From NCBI GenBank assembly GCA_951406725.2, contig OX597819.1, positions 96,720,001 to 96,784,000 on the forward strand: a DNA stretch of 64,000 bases. Direction: 5' to 3'. A program made the translations under genes and the position numbers. Below, piece after piece: positions 1-13,099 of the stretch; positions within the stretch are counted from its first letter, which is position 1, and every line of letters starts with the position of its first letter. The DNA comes from Octopus vulgaris (taxonomy: Eukaryota). The notes below the pieces were generated by a model. It had not been told where the DNA came from, searched no databases, and was given only the letters and a program-made list of their open reading frames with translations.

Positions 1-184
1 CACACATACATGCATAATTACATACATACACACAAACTTACTATATACATGGATTCAGACACTCCAAAATAGAGACATATATGCATGCACACATACACAC
101 ATACACACACATACATATATACATACACAAACATATACACATACACAATATTATCAGAAATGGTGAGAAAATGAAGCGAGGATT

Positions 185-240
<56 letters not shown>

Positions 241-1070
241 GAGAGAGAAGCGTTAGGATAAAAATTTTACACTGTAATATATTTATTTAAATGAGTCAGT
301 TTTGCCACTTCATTCGAGATTTGATAAAAAAAAAAATACAACAGCAACAACAACAATAACAACAGCATGAAGATATAAGCATTAAAAATAACGGTAAAGA
401 ACCATAAAACATCGGGATAAAATAATACAAAAGTGAGTGTTAAAAATCACTATGAAACGATAAGGTAAACCGAAACGAAAAATAACAGCACAACTCTTAA
501 GATGTCTGTTGAGAGGAAGCAAAGATAAAAGAAAGACAAATAATCGTATTAAGTTCCAAAACCGATATTATTTGTGTGTTTGATAGATTCGGCTGAGCCA
601 AGAATCCGCTGTTATAGGAATTCTCCACAACAATAGACCTGGACAGTAATTGCATGGCCGACTTTCTGGAAGTAAGAATTCAAATCTATTGAAGACGAAT
701 GGAAATGAACGTTTTAAATGAATAGTCTCATGGAAGTTGGAGAGGAAAATGAAATAAATTCTTTGTTTTCTTTTTTCTCTTTTCTATTTTTATTTTGTCT
801 TTTTGTTTTGTTTGTTTTTTTTTGTTGTTTTTTTTTTAGTTTGTTTTTCAACATTTTTCTTGGTTTCTTTAATCTTCACCTTCTGAGATTTTACTTTATT
901 CTATTTTTCTATCTTTAACTTCCTCGACACTGTTTGTTTAACTCCTCCTACCACTCACAAACACACGCGCACACCGCACACGCGCGCGCACACACAACAG
1001 TTATTCATATGCAGGAATACAGATGTGGAGACGTATACACGCACGTAGAACGGTTTATTTACATACATTG

Positions 1071-1114
<44 letters not shown>

Positions 1115-1292
1115 CAATGTATGTATGATATATATATATACATGTATACACACATACATATATATTTATACCTATACTTGTATATGCATATATACATGCA
1201 AACATGCACACCAAACATATATTTATATATATATATATGTATATATGTATGTATACATCCATTAACATACGTATACATATACATGCGTATAC

Positions 1293-1328
<36 letters not shown>

Positions 1329-1872
1329 TTGCCTATACACACTGTTCTAATTTTCAAATGAAATACAGAAATAAAGATTACTCATAAAACATTCGAAAAA
1401 GTAAAAAAAAAAATAAACAAATAAAAGAAAGAGGAATTATCTATTGAAATTGGAAATGGAAGTCGGCTTCAATTGGAAGAATTTAGGAATGGCAAACGAC
1501 ACATTCCAAAAGTTGTTTACTCGGTCGAAACAATGAAAGAAATACGATATTTGCAAAAATATGTAAAACGAAAAAATCTTATAAAATATGTTTCAACATG
1601 AATAATAATTTATGGTTTATTAAATTGTAATTCCATTTAAAGAGATTCAGAATTATCGGTTCTAAAGGAAATCTCGCCTTCCTTTGGGAAAGAAAAATAA
1701 AATTATAATATATTGTAAAGTATTTATATTTTATTGTAATTTATCAATTATTTTATGAATGAAAGTGAGAAACTTCTCTCTGATATTGGAAGAAGCTGGT
1801 TGCATGCTTTCAAGGTTGAAACCTGAAGGTTGGTGTTGAATTAATAAAACTGTTGTTATTTATGTAAGACTA

Positions 1873-2280
1873 GGTGCAGGTGGGGCAGAGTGGTTAAGAA
1901 GCTTGTTTTGCAATCATGTGGTCTCAGGTACAATCCTACTGCACAGTACCTTGGGCAATTGTCTTCTACTGTAACTCCAGGTTGACAAATGCCTTGTGAG
2001 TAAATTTGGTAGATGAAAACTGTGCGGAAGCCTGTTGATTTTATTTATTTATTTATTTATGTGTGTGTTTGTATTGTACGAGTGCATGGTTTGTGTGTGT
2101 GTGTGTGTGTTTATGTCTGTGTTCGATCCCCACCACACTGCTTGACAACAGGAGCTGGTTTCTTTACGTCTCCACAACTTTGCGGTTCGGCAAAAGATAC
2201 CGATAGAAAGAAGCACTAGGATCAATTTAATTGACTAAAACCCTTCAAAGCGGTGCCCTAACATGGTCGCAGTCGCGTGC
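1873..2280 (+). mobile_element. tRNA-derived SINE, family A (CORE/V-like central domain)
   Basis: tRNA-like head with degenerate A/B boxes (GGCAGAGTGG...GGTACAATCC), then ACCTTGGGCAATTGTCTTCT, an internal (TG)n and a tail GCGGTGCCCTAACATGGTCGCAGTC. Homologous to copies at 2725, 6470 and 7097. Confidence 0.8.
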
Positions 2281-2316
2281 CTGAAGCAAGTGCAAGAAGA
2301 ACTCGCACACATCACG

Positions 2317-2361
<45 letters not shown>

Positions 2362-2724
2362 CACTCGTACACGCGCGCGCACCTCACGCATACACACATA
2401 TATATACTCCGTCACATTCATATACATACTCACAATAACATGCCTATTGTTTTTGCTGCATCCCCACACTACTTGTCAACACAGTTATCCAACTTCCTAG
2501 AAATATCAGGCAAATACCCACTCAAAGCACACTCAGCTATCTTGAAGAAGAAAAGACTATATTGTCACGGTTGGAACGTCTCTAATTTTATATCTGCTAG
2601 ATCATGTTTAACCTCTAAATAAACGTGACAGACAAGCAGACTCCTACATGGATAGTCAACTTGCTTTGAATAACAGCATATTTAAATACCTTTAATCAAG
2701 TCCTGCCATCACAGAAATGGGTTA

Positions 2725-2931
2725 CTTTCTATCGTTTACTTGTTTCAGCCATTAGACTGTGACCATGCTGGGGCACTGCCTTGAAGAACTTTTAGTCGAA
2801 TGAATCGAACGCAGTACTTAATTTTTTCTGGCCTGATACCTATTCAGCCAGCAATTTTTGCCGAACTGCTAAGTTACGGAGACATTAACACACCAATACT
2901 GGTGAGGGACAAACACAAACACCTACACCCA

Positions 2932-2990
<59 letters not shown>

Positions 2991-3166
2991 GCACGCACAA
3001 TATATATATACGATGGTCTTCTTTCAATATCCGTCTGCCAGATTCACTTGCAAGGCTTCGGTCGGCCCGAGGCTATAGTAGAAGACACTTGCCCAAAGTA
3101 ACCACGCAGGGGGGACCGAACCCAGAGCCATGTAGTTGGGAAGTAAGCTTCTTACCACATAGCCAC
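2725..3166 (-). mobile_element. tRNA-derived SINE, family A
   Basis: Reverse complement matches 7097-7531 over head, core and tail (ACTTGTTTCAG...GCTTCTTACCACATAGCCA). Confidence 0.85.
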
Positions 3167-3864
3167 AATGTAGTCCGAGGTAGACTATGTCTGAAAAATG
3201 AAGACGTAGGTGTCACAGTTGAGACGTTTTGAATGTAAGTATAGCGAATCAAAGGTGATCAGGAGTTAAATAACATTTTTCTTTTCTGTTTGCGAAGTTT
3301 GAAATTCCACTTTGTCTACGCAGTCATAAGTTCTCTGTTTACGAATATCTTCCGTCCTTTTACCTTCAATATAAATTACAGGTAAAATTAAGGTCAAACT
3401 CTAACAGGTGTTACAATAAACATGATGTGAATAAACACTATAAAGAAACTAATGGTTATATATCATCTGTATTCTCCAGACACATATCTCAAACGATGCC
3501 AAAGTTTAAAAAAATAAACAAGAAAAAAGTAAAAAAAAGGGCTTGATAAAATTATTTATAACTTGGAAACAATATATGTTTACATTTTATACTCAGAAGA
3601 ATCTGGAACATTAGACCAAGGTGTGCTCCAGATGAAACATTTTATACAAGTGGTAAGTATTAACATGTGTGGTAGTGTGTGTGTGTGTGTGTTTTGTGTG
3701 TGTGTGTGTATGTGTGTGCGCGCGTGCTTGCGTGTGCGTAAGTGTGTACACTTCGTTGTCTTTGAGATATATAACCACGAAATTGTTCCGTATTTTAAAG
3801 TTTGGAGCTACAGAATTAAACGGCACAGAAATGTGACCAAAATACTACACACACACACACACCT

Positions 3865-3940
<76 letters not shown>

Positions 3941-3943
<3 letters not shown>

Positions 3944-4555
3944 ATATGGCTGGCTTATTCGCAATTTTACAACCTAAAGCCAGAAATATAAACGTCACTA
4001 AGGTGACAAAGGGCATTAATCACCACCAGTATTACTAGAAATGAGAGTGAAAACAACTGAATAGCCACGAAAAGCGCTATCTGAATAACTGACAAGGGAG
4101 GTAAGCACCCTACAGCAGCGGACATAGCCAGATCATCGACGATTTCGTATTTTAATGCTCATTTGTGGTTCTCACTGCGCCTTGGGTTAAACTCAGTTCG
4201 TTTTGTTCGTTTATAAGAATTCCGCAATACTGGTACTGATTAGTGCTGAAAATTGCGAATAAGCCACCCATATTATCTATAATTTTCACTTTTACCGTTT
4301 ATGAAATCAGTGTGTAATTTCAACGGGAATCGTTTAAACTGATGAGACAAGCTGAGTTTAACCCTAGGCGCTGCGAAAACCACTGATGTGCCATGAAATG
4401 CGAAATCATCAATAATCTGGCTATGTCCGCTACTGTAGGGAGTTTGTCTTCCTTGTCAGTTATTAAGATAGTGCTTTACGTGGCTGTTGAGTTATTATGA
4501 CTCTTATTTCTAGCATTACTGGTGCTGATGAGTGCACTTTGTCACTTTAGGACAT
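3941..4555. mobile_element. Diverged fold-back element flanked by (TA)n, probably Penelope-like element (PLE) derived
   Basis: Arms of about 200 bp (3992-4200 versus 4350-4555) are imperfect reverse complements. A second inverted pair lies at 3941-3968 and 4249-4276. Confidence 0.7.
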
Positions 4556-4572
4556 GTATATATATATAGGAC

Positions 4573-4625
<53 letters not shown>

Positions 4626-4681
4626 GTTTCCTTACTTATCATTTCTCCACGTGCGGTCGACACAACCCCACCATTTATTGA

Positions 4682-4783
<102 letters not shown>

Positions 4784-4868
4784 TGCAGCGTGGAAGGTGT
4801 TTGTAAGCCATTTAAGAAATACACAAAAGCCGTTCGATTCACTTCAACATTTCAACATTTAAGTTTAA

Positions 4869-4918
4869 TTTGTCAAAATATTTTCGTCGCTAAAATCCGC
4901 GACCTGTTCACTGACAAA
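4869..4918 (-). ncRNA. Minimal type I hammerhead ribozyme fold, G3:C8 core variant (mirror copy)
   Basis: Exact reverse complement of 4952-5001. Confidence 0.7.
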
Positions 4919-4951
4919 AATCCGTGCCTCATCTCGGATGCAGCACGGATT

Positions 4952-5001
4952 TTTGTCAGTGAACAGGTCGCGGATTTTAGCGACGAAAATATTTTGACAA
5001 A
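4952..5001 (+). ncRNA. Minimal type I hammerhead ribozyme fold, G3:C8 core variant
   Basis: UUUGUCA [GUGAACA] G GUCGC-GGAUUUUA-GCGAC [GAA] A-AUAU-U U/UGACAAA: 7-bp stem I, 5-bp stem II, 1-bp stem III with a palindromic tetraloop. Confidence 0.7.
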
Positions 5002-5133
5002 TTAAACTTAAATGTTGAAGTGAATCGAACGGTTTTTGTGTGTTTCTTAAATGGCTTACAAACACCTTCCATGCTGCAATTGTTTTCGTTTCAGCACACA
5101 ATCTCAGATCAAATCACTTGCTATGCGAATACA

Positions 5134-5193
<60 letters not shown>

Positions 5194-5862
5194 TCAATAC
5201 TTAATCGGGTCGATATACTCCCAATCTTCAGGTCTGGATTCCTCAATATTTTTTCATTACCCCTACAACTTATATGCCTCCATGATACTCTATATCTTCA
5301 ATATATCTTCAATATAAACTTAATTATATATATATATATATATGTGTGTGTATGTGTGTGTGTGTGTAGGTTCATGCAGGCATGGCGTGGATTCGATCCT
5401 CGATCGTCAAATTTCACTTAACAGTTTAACAGCACTTTTTTTACGGTAAAACAATAGTTTTTCTGTGAGTGACAGCAGTTACATTTACCAGATGCCTTCG
5501 CTAAGCAGAATAATGTCTTTTCCACTTGGCGCTTCTAATCTCTTCTAGGTCACCAAAAGCTAGGATAGAGATAATAGACCTCCAACGAAATCTATTGTTC
5601 TCAACAATATTTCTATCCTTCTGGCTGCTTTTGGATAGTTATAAAAACAAGAACTCCGTAAGCTAAAGTCAGTGAGAGTGACTGACAGAGAGGCGGCTGA
5701 CCGGCTCAAGCGAAAAGCTGTCTCGACTGAGGTAACTTCACAGAATGACAACTATGAAATTAACCAACGTAGAAGCTGTCTTGTCCCACACTCTCGCTTT
5801 CATTGGGTCAATTTCTTTTCTCTGCAACATTACCATATCTCTCTCTCTATAAACTATTAGAT

Positions 5863-6083
5863 TGTATATACACATATACGGGCCGAAATTAACTCGTTTT
5901 GCTTTGCATGCTTTATGAACTGTGTTATAATATAACACTAGCCCACCCGTTGTGGTATGGTATATATTAAAGTAACGGTAAATAAATATTTCTTTACAAC
6001 CTCGATCACTGTTCATCTTTCATCTTGCATTCTGGCAACCAACACCTTAACAAACACAACCGTTACAATCGGTGACCCGCGAC
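5863..6083 (+). mobile_element. LTR 3' end plus degenerate primer-binding site, Gypsy-like remnant
   Basis: AATAAA at 5981 and LTR-like terminus CCGTTACA ending at 6067, followed by ATCGGTGACCCGCGAC, which resembles the tRNA-Trp PBS TGGTGACCCCGAC. The 5' boundary is uncertain. Confidence 0.5.
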
Positions 6084-6386
6084 TGCAACGAACAACCGTT
6101 ACATATATATACATTCATATGTATATATATATATACATACATACATAGCTAGTTGGAAAATCTCAAGAAGAGATCAGAATAGTAATTATACTAGCAAGAA
6201 AAGTTAACCGCCACATCGAAGAGGTTATTCCTTGTTACTACTAGTTTAAACCCAGGCAGATCTTCCGCCAACTGGTTATCGATGCAGTACTGTACACTTC
6301 ATATTGCTAGCAGGGGGGAGCGAACCCCAACCACCCTCTAGCATACAACAGGATCGCGAGACTGACTCGGTTTCGAGCTGGTTGAC

Positions 6387-6437
<51 letters not shown>

Positions 6438-6469
6438 TTATTGGTAGCTTCTGTATCTAGATAACGCCC

Positions 6470-6806
6470 AAGTTGGGGTACTGTCTCGGACGGTTTTAGA
6501 GGTACGAATTGATTCCAGCTCTTTCTTTTTAGTATGGTGTTGATTCTTGTTTGCCAAAGCGCTACGTTGCGGGGATGTAAATAAACCAACATCCAGTGTT
6601 AAGCAGTGGCGAGGACCCGCACAGCGACACACAGAGATTCGCACGAATGTCCAAGCGCGTGCAAACACGCACATTCGCACGCATGTATGTGTGTGCGCAT
6701 GTATGTATTCGCACACACATACATAGGGTTCTGTACAGTGGAAATGAATCCGAAATCACGTGGTTGCAGAGCGACCTTCTTAGCCATGTACAGCCATATC
6801 TGCGCC
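6470..6806 (-). mobile_element. tRNA-derived SINE, family A, diverged
   Basis: Minus-strand head GGCGCAGATATGGCTG...GGCTAAGAAG and body CCACTGCTTAACACTGGATGTTGGTTTATTTACATCCCCGCAAC match the 1873 copy. Confidence 0.7.
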
Positions 6807-7096
6807 TGTGGTGTCCGTTGTAAACACTACTATAAGCACTATCATTACAACTGCCATTACTCATACTATCACTCGCACCAACAACACAACCATCACTACC
6901 ATCTCATCAGTTCTCTATATTTCAACACATTTAGTATTGCAATCCCACAAGCTTTATATACTGGATAGTCATGGCTGGAGTGTCTTTGGTTAGAGGTCTT
7001 CGCCATCAGAGTTGCAACTCTTGGTCAGTCACTGAATAAACTTAGAATCAAAGACATTCCAACCGTGACCTTTCCTTGCATTTTAGGACACTAACT

Positions 7097-7333
7097 TTCT
7101 TTTACTCTTTTACTTGTTTCAGTCATTTGACTGCGGCTATGCTGGAGCACCGCCTTTAGTCGAGCAAATCGCCCCCATGACTTATTCTTTGTAAGCCTAG
7201 TATTTATTCTATTGGTCTCTTTCGCCGAACCGCTAAGTTACATGGATGTAAACAAACCACCACCGGTTGTCAAGCGATGTTGGGGGGGGGGGGAATAAAC
7301 AGACACACAAACATATTCACTCATATATATACA

Positions 7334-7376
<43 letters not shown>

Positions 7377-7531
7377 GGCGGGCTTCTTTCAGTTTCCGTC
7401 TAATAAATCCACTCACAAGGCTTTGGTCGGCTCGAGGCTAAAATAGAAGACACCTGCCCAAGGTGCCACGAAGTGGGAATGAACCCGGAACCATGTGGTT
7501 GGTAAGCAAGCTACTTACCACACAGCCACTC
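7097..7531 (-). mobile_element. tRNA-derived SINE, family A, well preserved
   Basis: Minus strand: A box TGGCTGTGTGG, B box GGTTCATTCCC, ACCTTGGGCAGGTGTCTTCT, internal (TA)n and tail GACTGAAACAAGTAAAAGAGTAAAAAG. Confidence 0.9.
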
Positions 7532-7884
7532 CTCAAGTTGAAATTTGAGGCAAACTTAGCTGCTGTTTCTAGTTTGCAGGGTGATATGGTTCAAGATTCC
7601 TCATTGGCTCACTGTTCTTGTTTAACTCAATTCAGAACCAACAATAATACATCGACAATGTATTCCAACTGCGACCATCAAGTCTTGTTCTGTGTCTACT
7701 ACAATAATATTAAATATTGACTCGCATGGTTCAGCAGCGAAGTGAATGATTTTAGAGCATTTGGCTACTATTTCTAACCATTCAGGAGGCTACCATTTGA
7801 TCGGTGGTAGCGAGGATGATGGTAAAGATGGGACTGGAAATGGTTATGGTTTCGTTATTTTTCTGAATATGTTGTTTCTTTAAC

Positions 7885-7917
<33 letters not shown>

Positions 7918-7932
7918 ATGTATGTATGTATG

Positions 7933-7963
<31 letters not shown>

Positions 7964-8258
7964 GTATGTATGTATGTATGTATGTATGTATGTATGTATG
8001 TACACACATACACATATCTGTGTGTGTATGTGTATATGCCTGTATGTGTCTATGTATGTATGTATGTATGTATGTATGTATGTATGTATGTATGTATGTA
8101 TTGAATGTATGTATGTATGTATGTATGTATGTATGTATGTATGTATGTATGTATGTATGTATGTGAATGTCAGTTGTATTATTCGTGGGAATAAAGTGTA
8201 TGCACGTGTATTTGTATGTGAATTCTTAGGTATATATGTTCCTGTAATTATATATTTA

Positions 8259-8331
<73 letters not shown>

Positions 8332-8340
8332 TATATATGT
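7885..8340. repeat. Compound microsatellite (TCTG)n/(TATG)n/(TA)n
   Basis: Directly visible tandem arrays. Confidence 0.95.
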
Positions 8341-8749
8341 ACACGCATGCATACAGACATATACACAAGCACGCACACACACATTCACATGCGCGCACCC
8401 GTGTTGGTGCTTACGTGTGTATAAATAAGCATTCCTGTATGAAGATCTAAATATACGAATGAGCGTATGCTGCCCAGAGGATGTAGGTACGTATTAAGTG
8501 TATGTGTGTGTTTGCATGCATCTATGTATGCAGACGTGCGATTGGTCTGTGTGTGTGTGTGTGTGTGTGAGTATGTGTATGTGTATGTGTGAACATTACT
8601 AAAGCAATGTAGTGAGTATGCGTCAGTATATATGAGTGTGTTGAGCAGTATGTGTTTGTGAGTGTACGTGCATGTGTGTGCTGAAGAGTGTGCAGTAAAT
8701 GGCCAGGCGAGTTAGGTGGCAAGAGAAGGAAGAGGGTGTTGTATACGTA

Positions 8750-8815
8750 ACGATGTGACGTAGGAGCTGTATGATATAATGTTGGTTAGTCGGCAGGCGT
8801 CGCCTAGGCAACTCT
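8750..8815. promoter_or_regulatory. Candidate cis-regulatory element: RFX X-box plus CRE-like site
   Basis: GTCGCCTAGGCAAC at 8799-8812 fits the X-box GTNRCC-N-RGYAAC; TGACGT at 8756-8761. Lies in a unique, CpG-retaining island. Confidence 0.35.
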
Positions 8816-9299
8816 TGCCTCACGACCTTATCAGCCATCCATCACGGAAATTCTGCCGAACATTGCCGACTTTTTACACATTGCCAATTCAATTTCACAA
8901 TATTACATTGCAGAATACAATGCACCAACTTGAGCGTTGAGTCTCTCAAACACATCGGCTCACACTTAGATGCATACGCACACGTGCGCGCACACACATA
9001 TGACTTCAACTCCCTCTCTCACTCTCTTTCTCCCTCTCCCTCCTTCCCCCCTTCTCTCTCACTCTGTCTCACTCTCAGTTCTATAAAGCCAACATACATA
9101 CAACATACAAAATACATTAGCACTCAAAAGTATAATCTTGATTACGTTGGCTTTTAGAGAGAGACATAACAATCTGTTGTACATGTTCATGCCGATAGGC
9201 AGACAGATTCATATGTATGTATGCAATGTGTGTGTGTGTGTGTGTGTTTGAAAGAGAGGGGGGAGCACAGAGAGGGGAGAGAGAGGGACAGTGTGCTTG

Positions 9300-9630
<331 letters not shown>

Positions 9631-10810
9631 CGTTTATGAGGCACGCTTTCCCGCAGCTCGTCTCCATGACCGAACTGCAGTCGTGGATCAAAAAGAGGCC
9701 GAGGAAGGGCGAATGGCACCGCGAGTGTCGCGTTGCTCTCAAGCAACTCTGCCGTCCTGGGTCGACCTTAAGTGACTTCAACACAACCAAAGCATTCTAT
9801 AGGGGTTTAGTGGAGGGGAGGTACGACGACGAGCTCGGGGCGAACCTGGACGTCGACGAGGAGTACCTGACCCGCCTGTTCAGGACGACTTTCGGGCCAG
9901 GGCCCATGGACAACTTCCAGAGATCCCTGGCCTGGCAGTGCTACCGAGAAGCGCTACCCGTTCGGGATAAGCTCTACAGACACGGCTCGAGAAACACGGG
10001 GCCGACCTGCCCGAGATGCGGTCAGAGCGACGAAACCGTTCTGCACGCACTCGTTCAGTGTCCAACAATTTCCGACCTGTGGGCTTATGTCGAACAACTG
10101 CTGTCACGTGTGGGACGAGTCGGTTTATCAGCTGAGTCTATCGTCAATATTGTCACGCCTCCTTCCTTCAAACGGGAAGGAAGAGCTATTTTCATCATCC
10201 TTGTGGCTATGGCGAAAGAATGTATCTGGTGGACGCGTCTGAAAGGATTGGAGACAAACACTTTCCTCTCTGGTCAATCTCTCATCAACTTCTTCAAGTA
10301 CCACTTGAAAAGGAAAGTGAGAGTAGAGAGGCAAGTTTTGTCTAGCGAATGTTTTAAAAAAAGATGGGTGAATGTAGCAAGAATGGCACGTATGAATGAC
10401 GAAGCCACCTTGAGCATAGTCCTATGAACCCAGAAATTGAAAACAGAGAGTTGCTTATTTGCAAAAAAAAAAAAAAAAAAAGAAATATAAAATGGGACTT
10501 CATTGACCGAGGTTACCGTGGTCTTTTCCGTAGGCTTTTCTTTCCACGGGTAAACCTCACCTGTCCTCCCCTTTACACTTCATATTGACATTTCTGTGAT
10601 AAGGATCCCTATTGATCAATTTTTTTTTTCCTCTCCCCCTTTTTTTTTTAAACCCCCCTTTTTTTTTTGTCCTCTTTCTCTCCTTTTACGATCCCTTTTG
10701 ATCGAAACTCCCCCTTCCTTTTTTTTTTTTTTTTTTAAACCTTCAAAAGAAAAGCTCTACCTTGTAATTTGTTCTATCTGTGTGCAGCCCTGTGTGGCTA
10801 ATAAAGAAAC
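9631..10810 (+). mobile_element. 5'-truncated Tx1/L1-clade non-LTR retrotransposon (ORF2 C-terminus plus 3' UTR)
   Basis: Frame open to 10427 with a zf-RVT-type motif (W...ALPVRDKL...CPRCGQSDETVLHALVQCP...LW, IWWTR). Pyrimidine-rich 3' UTR ends in AATAAA at 10800. Confidence 0.88.
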
Positions 10811-11010
<200 letters not shown>

Positions 11011-11241
11011 CGACCTACATACGTGTGTGTGTATGTATATACGTACCTATAGTTGTATGACTGTATGTGTTTGAGTTTTGTTTCCATATTTATGTGCATA
11101 TTTATGTATCTCTACATTGAAACAGTGTATGCTCTCAAATTGAGAACGACATTGCCAAATTGTAAACGCATGTAAGATAGAGCCCATACATTTATATGCG
11201 TATATGTGTGTGGGAGTGCGCGTGCGTGTCTTACGTATGTG

Positions 11242-11283
<42 letters not shown>

Positions 11284-11654
11284 TATATGTACGTATATAT
11301 ACACGCACACATATATATGTTTGTATATATTATGTAATCATCCATCTCCCTTTCTCTTTGTTTCTATCTGTCTGTCTGTCTATCTATCTATCTATCCATA
11401 TATATATATAGAGTGGGAGATAGATAGATAGATAGATATATTTGTATATGTGTGTATGTTTATAAGTACGTATATATGTATACACATACATGCACACATA
11501 CACGCACACACATAAACACAAACACACACACTCACACACACACACGGGTGTGTACATGTTCGTTCTAGCGTTCAGTTATAATAAAAACAATTTTACATTG
11601 ATCTTAGGTATTACTCTATATTCTTGTAGAGTATAAGTTTATTCTTAAAGAATA

Positions 11655-11777
11655 TTATCATCATCATCATAATCATCATCATCATCATCATCATCATAAT
11701 CATCATCATAATCATCATCATCATCATCATTATAGTTATCATTATTGTTGTTGTTGCTGTTGTTGTTGTTGTTGTTA

Positions 11778-11871
<94 letters not shown>
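11655..11871. repeat. Compound trinucleotide microsatellite (ATC)n/(GTT)n/(ATT)n
   Basis: Directly visible. Confidence 0.95.
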
Positions 11872-11872
<1 letters not shown>

Positions 11873-12555
11873 GCCGGTTTCCAACCCGGACTACAGCAAC
11901 AAAGTCTATCCACCACACTTCTCGGTCCATCATCATCGCCTCGTGGTCCTGGGTACATTCCAGTGTCTGCAATCAAGTTGTGGATGACGTTAAGAATATT
12001 GTCGACACTAACTTCGAGGTTCCGGCCAGTTAAACCATCGCTGGACTGCGTGTATGTATGTATGTATATATTCATAAACATGAAGAAACAAAAAACAAAA
12101 AAAAAAACGACATGATGATGACGATGATGATGAGGAGGATGACAATAATCACGATATACATATATAAGTATGTACATCATGACTATCGTCGCCGACATCA
12201 TCATCATCATCATCATCAACAACAACAACATAATCATCGCCTTCATCATCATCATGACGATTTTTTGTTTCCTTCCTGGTAAATCTTAAACAAGAAGACC
12301 TATGATTGAAGATTCTCCATGCATGACCCTCCCGTCTTTTGGGTATATTTAGAAATACATTATTGCAACTTTCATAATTAGCAATTATATGTGTATGTGC
12401 ATGTTCTAGTATGTGTGTGTACACACACTCACACGCACGCACACACACACACACACACACATACACACACACATATGTATACGTACATACATACAAACGC
12501 ATTTATATATACATATATGTATATACGTACGGATACCTATACATATAGATATATC

Positions 12556-12962
12556 ATTATTGCCCACTAGGGGCTAAACATAGAGGGGACAAACAAGGAC
12601 AGACAAACAGATTAAGTCGATTACATCGACCCCAGGGCATAACTGTTGCTTATTTTATCGACCCTGAAAGGATGAAAGGCAAAGTCGACCTCGGCGGAAT
12701 TTTAACTCAGAACGTAGCGGCAGACAAAATACCTATTTCTTTACTACCCACAAGGGGCTAAACACAGAGAAGACAAACAAGGACAGACAAACGGATTAAG
12801 TCGATTATACCGAGCCCAGTGAGTAACTGGTACTTATTTAATCGACCCCGAAAAGATGAAGGCAAAGTAGACCTCGGCGGAATTTGAACTCAGAACGTAG
12901 CGGCAAACGAAATACCGCTAAGCATTTCGCCCGGTGTGCTAGCGATTCTGCCAGCTCGTCGC
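12556..12962 (-). mobile_element. tRNA-derived SINE, family B (Meta-domain type), one head with duplicated body
   Basis: Head GAGCTGGCAGAATCGCTAGC...GAGTTCAAATTCC. The block GCCTTTCATCCTTTC.GGGTCGATAAAATAAG..CAG occurs twice. Confidence 0.88.
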
Positions 12963-12985
12963 TCTAATTCATATGTTCATATATA

Positions 12986-13099
<114 letters not shown>

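Noticed and set aside
540-680. Possible exon with splice-like sites on both strands
   Set aside because: All plus frames have stops; the minus frame gives only ~39 aa with no recognisable homology.
7470-7531. tRNA gene
   Set aside because: A/B boxes run into SINE body and tail; no complete cloverleaf. The same applies to the other SINE heads.
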